Positions 18,689-27,304 of a stretch of DNA of 64,000 nt are shown piece by piece. Under the pieces are notes generated by a model that had not been told where the DNA came from, did not search any database, and worked only from the letters and a program-made list of their open reading frames with translations. The stretch comes from an uncultured Ignavibacteria bacterium (lineage in GTDB: Bacteria; Zixibacteria; MSB-5A5; JAABVY01), in the NCBI GenBank assembly GCA_964627935.1, contig CAZVLB010000001.1, forward strand, positions 198,933 through 262,932, read 5' to 3'. Every line of letters begins with the position of its first letter. Position 1 is the first letter of the stretch. The translations under genes and the position numbers were made by a program.

Positions 18689-19619
18689 TCACAAGATTGT
18701 CAGCCTGACAATTAACCCATCAATTGATATCAATACCTCGGTTCATCAGGTACAGCCCGAAAACAAGCTGCGCTGTGAAAAACCCAGCTATGAACCGGGC
18801 GGAGGCGGATTGAATGTCTCCCGGGCGATAAAGAAGCTGGGCGGCCAATCACTGGCACTGTTCGCATCGGGGGGTTCCAATGGTTCAATGCTGAAAAAAC
18901 TGTTACACGAAGAAGGAATCAGGTCGGAGGAAATCGAAATCAAAAATATCACCCGGGAGAATTTCACGGTCTACGAGGGCTCAAGTGAGCTTCAGTATCG
19001 CTTTGTCATGCCCGGCCCGGAACTTAGCGAAAGTGAATGGAACAGGTTCCTGAAATTTCTTTCTGAGAAAAAGCAGGAGATTGAATTTATAGTTGCCAGT
19101 GGCAGTCTTCCTCAAGGTGTGCCCGAGGATTTTTATGCACAAGTGGCCAGGGTAGCAGCCGAAACTGATTCGAAAATGATTTTGGACACAAAGGGCGAGG
19201 CCTTGAAAAAAGCGGTTCAGGCCGGCCTGTACATGGTCAAATGCAACCTGCGTGAATTTGAGGCGGTCAGCGGGCAAAAGCTGGAAGATGACAGGCAGAT
19301 TATTTCCGCCGGACAGGATATTGTAAAACAATGCGGCTGCCGTGCTGTTGTAATTACATTGGGAGCGGGCGGCGCCATGTTGATTACCTCTGACAGCCAT
19401 AAGCATTACCGTTCGCCAACTGTGCCGATCCGGAGCAAGGTCGGCGCAGGCGACAGTATGACCGCCGGCATAGTGCTATCCCTCTCGCGCGGCAAAGACC
19501 TTGATTATGCAATCAAATACGGGATTGCCGCAGGCGCCGCGGCTGTAATGACGCCGGGCACGGAGTTGTGCAGCCGTGATGATACGGAAAGACTTTTGGG
19601 GGAAATCTCGGAAGAATGA
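18678..19619 (+). CDS. pfkB: PfkB-family sugar-phosphate kinase (6-phosphofructokinase II / 1-phosphofructokinase-like)
   Basis: LTINPSIDINT ... ENKLRCEKPSYEPGGGGLNVSRAIKKLGG closely mirrors the E. coli PfkB N-terminus (KLRC..P..EPGGGGINVARAI..LGG). The C-terminal GAGDSMTAG is the ribokinase-family ATP motif. Confidence 0.8.
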   Translation: MSDDHKIVSLTINPSIDINTSVHQVQPENKLRCEKPSYEPGGGGLNVSRAIKKLGGQSLALFASGGSNGSMLKKLLHEEGIRSEEIEIKNITRENFTVYEGSSELQYRFVMPGPELSESEWNRFLKFLSEKKQEIEFIVASGSLPQGVPEDFYAQVARVAAETDSKMILDTKGEALKKAVQAGLYMVKCNLREFEAVSGQKLEDDRQIISAGQDIVKQCGCRAVVITLGAGGAMLITSDSHKHYRSPTVPIRSKVGAGDSMTAGIVLSLSRGKDLDYAIKYGIAAGAAAVMTPGTELCSRDDTERLLGEISEE

Positions 19620-19643
19620 TTGATACAATAAGGAAATTTATTT

Positions 19644-20909
19644 ATGAGCAATAACGGATCAAAGGAAAATTTCAGTCTTCCGGCAACACAAAATCTGGAT
19701 GATTATGAAAAGTTTATCGGCTCAGAAACCCTGGATCGAATCTGGAAAAAAGCGGAGCAACACCAGGATCTGCATGTTGCCAACATCAATGCCACCTACT
19801 ACGGCGGCGGTGTTGCCGGGCTGCTTTCATCGCTCACTATCCTGATGAACAGTGTCGACATCAAAACAGGATGGCGCGTGATTCAGGGTTCGCCCGACTT
19901 TTTCAGCATCACCAAGAAGATGCACAATGCCCTGCAGGGCGATGATATCAATCTGACCGATCAGAAAAAAGAGGTTTACGAATGCGTGATTCATGACAAT
20001 GCCGTACGCAATCATCTCGACCACGAGATCGTCATAATTCATGACCCGCAGCCATTGCCGATGATCAGGCATTACCGCAAACGCGGACCATGGATCTGGC
20101 GCTGTCATATCGACCTTACCGATCCCAATAAGGAACTATGGAATTATTTGCGCAAATTTATAGAGCTTTATGACACGGTGATAATGACACTCGAGGAATA
20201 TAAACAGGAACTGAATACTCCACAGGTCTTTTTCGAACCGGCTATCGATCCCTTCAATATCACCAATAAAGAACTCAGTGAGGCCGAAATCAAGGACCGC
20301 CTGGATCATTATGATATTCCCTGTGATCTGCCGATTGTGACACAGATTTCCCGCTTCGATAAATACAAGGATCCGGAAGGCGTCATCGAGGCATATAAGA
20401 TTGCCAGAAAGGAAGTGGATTGTACGCTGGTCCTGCTGGGAAATATCGCCACCGACGATCCCGAAGGTGAAGAGGTGTATGAATCCCTGCGCGATCAGGA
20501 GGAAGATCGCATTATCATAATGAGTCAACAGGATACCGCGCTCGTGAACGCCCTGCAAAGAACAGCCAGGGTAGTGTTGCAAAAATCCAAAAAAGAGGGC
20601 TTCGGATTGACTGTGGCCGAGGCCATGTGGAAAGGTACGCCGGTTATCGGGGGCAATGTCGGCGGGATCAAAGTGCAGATCGATGACGGCGAAAACGGAT
20701 ATCTGGTATCTTCCGTGGAGGAAGCCGCAGAACGAATAGTAAAACTCGTCAAGGATAAAAAGCTGGCGGAAGAAATGGGCAAGAAGGCCCGCAAGACAGT
20801 CGAGAAAAAATATCTGATGTCTCGTCTGCTTGAACAATATATCGATCTCTTCAGCTCTTTCGAAACAAACTATGTGTTAAAAGATCGATCGATGATAACC
20901 AGACTGTAG
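19644..20909 (+). CDS. treT: GT4 glycosyltransferase, trehalose glycosyltransferring synthase (TreT)-like
   Basis: The N-terminal NATYYGGGVAGLLSSLTILMNSVDIKTGWRVIQGSPDFFSITKKMHNALQG matches the TreT signature as I remember it. The C-terminal GT1/GT4 motif is EGFGLTVAEAMWKGTPVIGGNVGG. Confidence 0.65.
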   Translation: MSNNGSKENFSLPATQNLDDYEKFIGSETLDRIWKKAEQHQDLHVANINATYYGGGVAGLLSSLTILMNSVDIKTGWRVIQGSPDFFSITKKMHNALQGDDINLTDQKKEVYECVIHDNAVRNHLDHEIVIIHDPQPLPMIRHYRKRGPWIWRCHIDLTDPNKELWNYLRKFIELYDTVIMTLEEYKQELNTPQVFFEPAIDPFNITNKELSEAEIKDRLDHYDIPCDLPIVTQISRFDKYKDPEGVIEAYKIARKEVDCTLVLLGNIATDDPEGEEVYESLRDQEEDRIIIMSQQDTALVNALQRTARVVLQKSKKEGFGLTVAEAMWKGTPVIGGNVGGIKVQIDDGENGYLVSSVEEAAERIVKLVKDKKLAEEMGKKARKTVEKKYLMSRLLEQYIDLFSSFETNYVLKDRSMITRL

Positions 20910-20942
20910 TAGTCTGAAAATTTATATTAAGGGAGTGATTTT

Positions 20943-22103
20943 ATGGAAACGCTCACTATTGAACAGCTAAAAGATCTGGCCAAAATAGAAAAAGACTGGT
21001 GTACTTCAATATATATGCCGGCTCATCGAACCACTGTTGACAGCAGACAGGATCCGGTTCGTTATAAAAATCTGCTGCGTGATGTGGAAAAGACACTGGA
21101 GGAGAAGGGCATGCGCCGGCCCCGGATCGATGAGTATCTTGAGCAGGCCAGCGGACTTTTGGACAGCAATGAATTCTGGAAACACCAGGGAGATGGACTG
21201 GCTGTATTTGTAACTCCCGATGATTTTCAGTATTTCCGCCTTCCGATCAGGCTGGATGAACTGACATCGGTCACTGACAGGTTCATCATAAAGCCGCTTC
21301 TGCCCCTGGTTGAACAGCAGGGCCAGTATCTGGCATTGCTTCTAAGCCAGAAAGACCTCAAGCTGTATCGCTGTTCACGATTCGATGCCGAGCAGGTCGA
21401 GCTTGCGGATGTGCCCACCAATATCGAAGAAATCATGAAGTATGAGGACCCCGAGAAGCAGCTTCAGTATCATACTGAAACCGCGCCCTCACGTGAGGCG
21501 GGTGATAAACGCAAAGCCATGTATCATGGTCATGGAGTAGGTGTTGATGATGCCGGTAAAAAGCAGTTGATTCTGCGTTATTTTCATGCAGTTGATAAAG
21601 GACTGGAAAAATTCCTCAATGAAAGTAATCTACCATTGGTTCTGATCGGCCTGGAACATCATCTTTCACTATATGAAGAAGCCAATTCATACACAAACCT
21701 GATCGATGAGGGTGTAAAATATAACCCGGATGATTTGAATAAGGAGCAGGTTATCGAAAAGACCTGGCAGGTTATGGAACCGATAATCGGTAAGACCCGC
21801 CGGGAAAGCATGGATAGATTTCAGGAAAGTCTCGGCACCGGGAAAGCCACCGATAACACGCGCGAGGTAATCAAGGCCGCCGTTGCCGGCCGTATCGATA
21901 CTTTGTTCATAGACAAGGATGAATCCGTATACGGCAATGTTGATTTAACCAGCAACAGCGTGGAAATCAGCAAAGATAATTCCGGCATGGAGCTTTTGAA
22001 TTATGCCGCGGCCCAGGCTCTATTGTCCAACGGCAAAATTTTCATACTCGATGATGATGAAAAGGACAAGCATTCTCCCTTAGCGGCATTGTACCGTTAT
22101 TGA
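20943..22103 (+). CDS. bacterial eRF1-like (baeRF-family) protein
   Basis: The N-terminal pattern LKDLAKIEKDWCTSIYMPAHRT...DPVRYKNLLRDVEKTLEEKG and the ~380-aa size resemble the bacterial archaeo-eukaryotic release-factor-like families (Rv2629-type). This call is from memory only. Confidence 0.45.
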   Translation: METLTIEQLKDLAKIEKDWCTSIYMPAHRTTVDSRQDPVRYKNLLRDVEKTLEEKGMRRPRIDEYLEQASGLLDSNEFWKHQGDGLAVFVTPDDFQYFRLPIRLDELTSVTDRFIIKPLLPLVEQQGQYLALLLSQKDLKLYRCSRFDAEQVELADVPTNIEEIMKYEDPEKQLQYHTETAPSREAGDKRKAMYHGHGVGVDDAGKKQLILRYFHAVDKGLEKFLNESNLPLVLIGLEHHLSLYEEANSYTNLIDEGVKYNPDDLNKEQVIEKTWQVMEPIIGKTRRESMDRFQESLGTGKATDNTREVIKAAVAGRIDTLFIDKDESVYGNVDLTSNSVEISKDNSGMELLNYAAAQALLSNGKIFILDDDEKDKHSPLAALYRY

Positions 22104-22150
22104 TTGAATCCGAGAATCTAATCTGAAATCACAATTCCGCGAGGTCTTCA

Positions 22151-22792
22151 ATGGATGACAAGACTAAAGAGATGTTTGATGAATTTTACAGTGGCGAAGA
22201 TATGTCTTTCGGCGCAGAACCATCCGATTCTCTGAAGCAATGCGTACTCGAGCATCAATTGGGGGGTGAGGCGCTTGATCTCGGATGCGGGGATGGACGC
22301 AACAGCCTGTTTCTGGCAGGCATGGGCTTCAGGGTCACAGCTGTCGATGCCTCCTGCGTGGCCACAGAAAAGCTGATGCAGTATGCCAATGGCCACGGCC
22401 TGGGCGGGAATCTGCGCGTTCAATGTATCGATGCCCTGGATGCCGATTTTCCACCGGATAAATTCAACCTGGTAAGCGCGATCACTTTTTTTGATCATAT
22501 CCCCGTAGAGCAACAGAAGCGTATGGTTGATGAAATTCATATTTCCATGAAAACGGATGGTATTATGGTGGCACAGGTTCATATGGTTGATGATCCGGGC
22601 AATCATGGCGATAACCGGCATGCCAGTGAACTGCAGTCGGCAATTAAACATTATTTCGAAACCGATGAACTGTCGCACTTGCTCGAAGATCGTTTCAAGA
22701 TAATTAGTTATAAAGAATTCAAAGAAGAAGATCACACTCACGGCGAACCGCATCAGCACAGCTTTTCGACCACAATAGTCAGAAAAACCTGA
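22151..22792 (+). CDS. class I SAM-dependent methyltransferase (TehB-like)
   Basis: SAM motif I ALDLGCGDGRNSLFLAGMGFRVTAVDAS, with post-I and motif II features (FNLVSAITFFDHI). Confidence 0.75.
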   Translation: MDDKTKEMFDEFYSGEDMSFGAEPSDSLKQCVLEHQLGGEALDLGCGDGRNSLFLAGMGFRVTAVDASCVATEKLMQYANGHGLGGNLRVQCIDALDADFPPDKFNLVSAITFFDHIPVEQQKRMVDEIHISMKTDGIMVAQVHMVDDPGNHGDNRHASELQSAIKHYFETDELSHLLEDRFKIISYKEFKEEDHTHGEPHQHSFSTTIVRKT

Positions 22793-22794
22793 CC

Positions 22795-22823
22795 CGCATT
22801 AATGGCAGGCAGTCATTAATGCG
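22795..22823 (+). terminator. stem-loop after the methyltransferase gene (no U-tract)
   Basis: Perfect 10-bp stem CGCATTAATG / CATTAATGCG with a 9-nt loop, starting 3 nt after the stop. It is not followed by a T-run, so it may be a weak or factor-dependent terminator or an RNA-stability element. Confidence 0.4.
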
Positions 22824-22923
22824 TAGAGTCGTTACGTAATTCCTATATAATTTCCCCGTATTTACTTTCACTCGTAATTGCTTTATCAATAGGTAGATAC
22901 AGAAACAAGAGGGAGGTAATAAG

Positions 22924-23013
22924 ATGGCAAACTCAAATAATTCGAAAGATGATCTATTAGGTATCAGAATTGAAAAGGTAATAATCTTCACATGTCTGCT
23001 TTTGCTGCTTTAG
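22924..23013 (+). CDS. candidate 29-aa small ORF (possible relic of a duplicated STAS-like gene)
   Basis: Strong SD GAGGGAGG 7 nt before the ATG. The product is MANSNNSKDDLLGIRIEKVIIFTCLLLLL. Its SKDDLLGIRIEKV resembles SDDDILAIRISEKL at the N-terminus of the next gene. Confidence 0.25.
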   Translation: MANSNNSKDDLLGIRIEKVIIFTCLLLLL

Positions 23014-23062
23014 TATTCACGGCACTGGTTTATAGACACCATTTTTAACGGGGGTAGGTTAA

Positions 23063-23443
23063 ATGATAAAGAGAATGTATGACAGTGATGATGATATCCT
23101 GGCAATCAGAATCAGTGAAAAACTGACAGCCAGAGACTACCGTGATATTCTTCCATTTGTGGAAGGAGCGATAGAGAAACACGGCAAAATCAATATGCTC
23201 TGGAAGCTGGAAGATTTTCAGGGCCTGACAGTCAGCGCGGCGGTGGAGGATTTCAAGTCCTGGATTAAATATAATAGAAAAATTTCCAGGATAGCGGTGG
23301 TCGGAGAGAAACGCTGGGAGGAACTTCTGATAAAAGTGATTGATCCCTTTATGTCGGCCGAAGTTAACTTTTTTGAACCGGATGATATGGAACGGGCTAG
23401 GCTCTGGCTGGCAGGTAAAACAACTGCTGATGCCGGAATATAA
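23063..23443 (+). CDS. STAS/SpoIIAA-like protein (DUF3478 type)
   Basis: ILAIRISEKLTARDYRDILPFVEGAIEKHGKINMLWKLEDFQG...ISRIAVVGEKRWEE...FFEPDDMERARLWL fits the SpoIIAA-like DUF3478 pattern. Confidence 0.65.
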   Translation: MIKRMYDSDDDILAIRISEKLTARDYRDILPFVEGAIEKHGKINMLWKLEDFQGLTVSAAVEDFKSWIKYNRKISRIAVVGEKRWEELLIKVIDPFMSAEVNFFEPDDMERARLWLAGKTTADAGI

Positions 23444-23587
23444 TGCAGATCACGCATGAAATAAATATGTTACTGTAATACATTAACTTTGGAACATTAA
23501 GCAGGCTTAACTCATCTTAAATATAAGTAAAGCAAATGAGGCAGAAATGACTGCCTTGCGGGAGACATTATTGCAAAGAGGATTTTT

Positions 23588-24331
23588 ATGGGTGTGTTAG
23601 AGCTTAAAGATATTCGACTAACCCTGGATGGTAAACGCATTCTCAATAATCTTAATATCGATTTCTGGGAGGGCCATATTCATGCCGTGGTCGGCCCCAA
23701 TGGCGCCGGGAAATCCACCCTGGCATCTGTTATCATGGGCCTGGGCGGCTATACCGAGATCGAAGGCGATATTCTGTATGATGGCAGGTCCATCATAAAT
23801 GAGGATGTGGCCGAACGAGCCGCGCATGGTATCACCATGGCCTGGCAGGAACCGGCCCGTTTCGAGGGTATTACAGTCGAGCAGTTCATAGCAGCCGCCG
23901 GCAGGAATCCGGGCGCGGAGGAAATCGAATTCGCCATGAATGAAGTCGGGCTCGATCCTGATGATTATCGTCTGCGGGCGGTCGATAAAACGCTCAGCGG
24001 CGGAGAACGCAAAAAGGTCGAGCTGGCATCAATACTGGCCATGCGTCCCCGTGTAGCCATCCTCGATGAACCGGATTCCGGCATCGATATCGAGTCGATT
24101 CAACGCATTTTCGACGCCGTGCATGTATTAAAAGACAGAGGATCAACCGTGCTTCTGATTACACACAGCCTGGCAGTTCTGGATCAGGCCGAACATGCAT
24201 TTTTGATGTGCAACGGTGAAATCGTGGACAAGGGCAATGTGGCACGAATCAGAAAGTATTTCGAAGATAAATGTATTCCCTGTGATCACAAAAACTTTCC
24301 CAAACCGGAAAGTGAGGTCGACAAATTATGA
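23588..24331 (+). CDS. sufC: SufC-like Fe-S assembly ABC ATPase (minimal SUF/SMS type)
   Basis: Walker A GPNGAGKST, signature LSGGERKK, Walker B ILDEPDSGIDIES and H-loop ITHS. It has an extra C-terminal CIPCDHK tail. Confidence 0.85.
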   Translation: MGVLELKDIRLTLDGKRILNNLNIDFWEGHIHAVVGPNGAGKSTLASVIMGLGGYTEIEGDILYDGRSIINEDVAERAAHGITMAWQEPARFEGITVEQFIAAAGRNPGAEEIEFAMNEVGLDPDDYRLRAVDKTLSGGERKKVELASILAMRPRVAILDEPDSGIDIESIQRIFDAVHVLKDRGSTVLLITHSLAVLDQAEHAFLMCNGEIVDKGNVARIRKYFEDKCIPCDHKNFPKPESEVDKL

Positions 24332-25281
24332 CAACATCGGAGACAGGTTTAATTCAGACCTTATATGATTACACGCGCAGTGATCCGCATCTGCAGGATC
24401 CGGAAACCGCCCATCTGACAATCAACGGCAATCATGTGCTGGGCATGAATTCAGTTCCCGGCCTGAATATAGATACCAGGGAACTCGAGGACGGCATCGA
24501 TATCCGTGTCTATCTCGAACCCGGAACGATTATCAAAAAGCAGGTGCATATGTGTTTCGGTATGCTTCCGGAGACTGGGATACAGCGCATAGTCATGGAT
24601 GTCAATATCGGTGAAGGCTCGAAAATTTCGTTTCTGGCTCATTGCGTTTTTCCCAAAGCGGTCGATGTGGAGCATATTATGAATGCGCAGATCAATATTG
24701 GAAAAAACGCTGAATATACATATTACGAAAAACATGTCCACAGCCCTGCAGGCGGGGTAAGAGTCCGTCCTAAGGCGGAGGTCCATATCGATGAAGGCGG
24801 AATATTCAAAACGGAATTTGAGCTGATACAGGGCCGTGTGGGCCTGATCGACATCGACTACGAGGCTTTTTGTGAGGCTAATTCCATACTGGAAATGGAT
24901 ACTCGCATCAGCGGGCAGAAAGATGATCTGGTGAAGGTCAGGGAAATCGGCCATCTCAACGGCGAGTATGCCAGGGGTGTGCTGACATCCAAGATTGCAG
25001 TGCGCGACAAGGCCAAAGCCGAGGTCTACAACAAGCTCAGCGCCTCGGCGGCGTATGCCCGCGGCCATGTCGACTGCAAGGAGATTGTGCGCGATGATGG
25101 CGAGGTTTCGGCTATACCCATAGTCGAGGTCAATCATCCCAAAGCGCATATCACCCATGAAGCCGCAATCGGCAGTGTCGATCACAAGCAGCTGGAGACC
25201 CTGATGTCACGCGGGCTGGATGAAGACCAGGCTGTGGAGCTGATTATCTCAGGCATGTTGAGCCGTAGAAAGAGCCAATAA
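24328..25281 (+). CDS. short SufB/SufD-family scaffold protein (317 aa)
   Basis: ATGA overlap with the sufC-like gene. The C-terminal half (RGHVDCKEIV...HEAAIGSVDHKQLETLMSRGLDEDQAVELII) is the SufBD signature. It is much shorter than canonical SufB. Confidence 0.8.
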   Translation: MTTSETGLIQTLYDYTRSDPHLQDPETAHLTINGNHVLGMNSVPGLNIDTRELEDGIDIRVYLEPGTIIKKQVHMCFGMLPETGIQRIVMDVNIGEGSKISFLAHCVFPKAVDVEHIMNAQINIGKNAEYTYYEKHVHSPAGGVRVRPKAEVHIDEGGIFKTEFELIQGRVGLIDIDYEAFCEANSILEMDTRISGQKDDLVKVREIGHLNGEYARGVLTSKIAVRDKAKAEVYNKLSASAAYARGHVDCKEIVRDDGEVSAIPIVEVNHPKAHITHEAAIGSVDHKQLETLMSRGLDEDQAVELIISGMLSRRKSQ

Positions 25282-25488
25282 GGCGAAAAAGGCTGAAACA
25301 GTATGAGAATTATAGAGAAAATAGCCGTCAGGATATTTAAGGATATTGCTTTTCCCGAGCTAAAAGCAAGGAGGTATAAGCGGCCGCAGGGAGATCTGCG
25401 GGATTTTGTCGGAAAACACTTTAACGGCAATGATAACAATAGAGAAGATGAAAACATAATTTTAAGTATTAGAGGAAGGGTGAGTAAA

Positions 25489-25881
25489 ATGGCTGAAGAA
25501 AAAAACACAAAACAAGAGGCCGCTGAACAGGAAGGTGCCGAAATAGAAGTGGCTGCAGAAGGAGAAGTAACTATGAAAGAAGTAGATAAGCTAAAAAAGG
25601 ATATGGATTCTTTACGCAAGGACTTAAAGGATCTTACAGGTGCCATGAAAAAGATGGCCACCGGCAAAGGAACGAGTGCCAAGGAAAGAATCTGGCAAAC
25701 AGCCTCAGATATCGAGGACAAAGCCGAAGATTATGTTACCGATGCCTATGATACCGTGCGTGATCATGGTGAACGTTATATAAGAATGGGACGTGAACAG
25801 ATTCAAAATCGCCCTTACACATCTGCATTCTGGATTTTCGGAGCTGGATTCCTGCTTGGAAAGCTTCTTGACAGGAGATAA
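25489..25881 (+). CDS. ElaB/YqjD/DUF883-family tail-anchored stress protein
   Basis: ORF 25303..25881. I prefer ATG 25489 (GAGGAAGG RBS). It has a charged coiled N-part and the C-terminal anchor RPYTSAFWIFGAGFLLGKLLDRR typical of DUF883. Confidence 0.6.
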   Translation: MAEEKNTKQEAAEQEGAEIEVAAEGEVTMKEVDKLKKDMDSLRKDLKDLTGAMKKMATGKGTSAKERIWQTASDIEDKAEDYVTDAYDTVRDHGERYIRMGREQIQNRPYTSAFWIFGAGFLLGKLLDRR

Positions 25882-25884
25882 TAT

Positions 25885-26160
25885 ATGCGGTTTATAGCCG
25901 AATTTATACTCTCTGTCGTTGAGTTGCTGGAGTCCGAAGCCAGGGCCCTGAGAGCAAACATCGTGGGAATAGCCTACCTTGTTGTTTTTCTGGCGGCCGG
26001 GATTATTGTGCTGCTGGTTGGCGGCGCCCTGATATTATGGGGCTTCTATAAATTGCTTGTGACCGCCCTGGATCCGATAGCCTCGACCTTTATAATCGGC
26101 GGGGCAACATTGCTGATAGGCTTTTTCATGCTCTATGGAGTAAAGCGAATGGCCAGGTGA
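25885..26160 (+). CDS. YqjE-like two-TM membrane protein (holin-superfamily-III-like)
   Basis: It starts 4 nt after the ElaB-like gene, the same pairing as the yqjD-yqjE arrangement. It has an LLESEARALR helix plus two TM segments. Confidence 0.5.
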   Translation: MRFIAEFILSVVELLESEARALRANIVGIAYLVVFLAAGIIVLLVGGALILWGFYKLLVTALDPIASTFIIGGATLLIGFFMLYGVKRMAR

Positions 26161-26260
26161 CGGAATCTTCAGTCAGAGCAAACAGAAGGCATAACAAAAC
26201 AGACAAAGAGTAGAAGGAATCATCATAAATCGTAATTGTTTTATATCAAGATAGGAGTTT

Positions 26261-26704
26261 ATGAATATGGCAATCAGAAAAGCGAATGCTGCCTGGGAAG
26301 GCAAGTTACAGGATGGAAAAGGCAAAATGAAACTGGGAAGCGGCGCATATATCGGTTCCTACAGTTTCGAATCCAGATTCGAAGATGGTATCGGCACCAA
26401 TCCGGAGGAATTGATCGGCGCGGCTCATGCAGGCTGCTTTTCAATGGCATTGACCAAGCTCCTGCAGGATTCCGGATATAATCCCTCCAAGGTCGAGACC
26501 GATGCCAGGGTCCAGCTCGAAAAGGGCGACGATGGCTTCAGGATCACTTCTGTGCAGCTTTCGACCCAGGGTGATGTCGAAAATATGGAAGCGGATGAAT
26601 TTCATAAGCTGGCCGAGAAAGCCAAGCAAAACTGCCCGGTTTCCAAAGCCCTGGCCGGAGTCGATATAAAGCTCGAATCCAAACTGCTTACATCCGCATC
26701 ATAA
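26261..26704 (+). CDS. osmC: OsmC-family peroxiredoxin
   Basis: TNPEELIGAAHAGCFSMAL and QNCPVSKAL are the two conserved OsmC Cys motifs. Confidence 0.9.
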   Translation: MNMAIRKANAAWEGKLQDGKGKMKLGSGAYIGSYSFESRFEDGIGTNPEELIGAAHAGCFSMALTKLLQDSGYNPSKVETDARVQLEKGDDGFRITSVQLSTQGDVENMEADEFHKLAEKAKQNCPVSKALAGVDIKLESKLLTSAS

Positions 26705-26730
26705 AAAAAGCAAAAAGGAAAGGGTATGTT

Positions 26731-27246
26731 ATGGGTTTAAATGGAAAGAAAATAGCGCTGTTTGTTGATAACATGTATGAGGATCTGGAATTCTGGTATC
26801 CCAAAATCCGCCTCGAGGAAGAAGGCGCCGAGGTGGTTGTTATCGGTCCCAAAGCCGAATCATATCAGGGTAAGAAGGGACTGCCGGCAAAGGCCGACAA
26901 GGGCATCTCCGAAGCGAATGCTGATGATTATGCCGCGCTGGTGATACCGGGCGGATATTCTCCCGACCTGATGAGGCGCAAGCCGGGTATGGTTGATTTC
27001 GTCAAGGACATGAATAAAAAGGAAAAGCCCATCGCGGCTATATGTCATGCCGGATGGATGATGGCCTCGGCCGGAATTGTCGACGGCAAAAAGGTTACCA
27101 GCTTTTTTTCGATTAAGGATGATCTGCAAAATGCCGGCGCAAACTGGGAAGATGCAGAAGTGGTTGTCGATGGCAACCTGATTACATCGCGAAATCCCGG
27201 CGATCTCCCGGCTTTCTGCAAGGCTATCATCGCGGCTGTTGAATAG
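26731..27246 (+). CDS. DJ-1/PfpI-family protein (PfpI-type peptidase/deglycase)
   Basis: KKIALFVDNMYEDLEFWYP, ALVIPGG and the nucleophile elbow AAICHAGWM. Confidence 0.85.
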   Translation: MGLNGKKIALFVDNMYEDLEFWYPKIRLEEEGAEVVVIGPKAESYQGKKGLPAKADKGISEANADDYAALVIPGGYSPDLMRRKPGMVDFVKDMNKKEKPIAAICHAGWMMASAGIVDGKKVTSFFSIKDDLQNAGANWEDAEVVVDGNLITSRNPGDLPAFCKAIIAAVE

Positions 27247-27304
27247 CGCGGTCGCTTATATCTTATAAAAAAATACCGTGGCAATTACAAAAGAGGTGGG
27301 ATAA

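Noticed and set aside
26236-26481. ORF 26236..26481(+), which overlaps the osmC start.
   Set aside because: It is out of frame with the clearly recognisable OsmC gene (26261..26704) and has no motif support.
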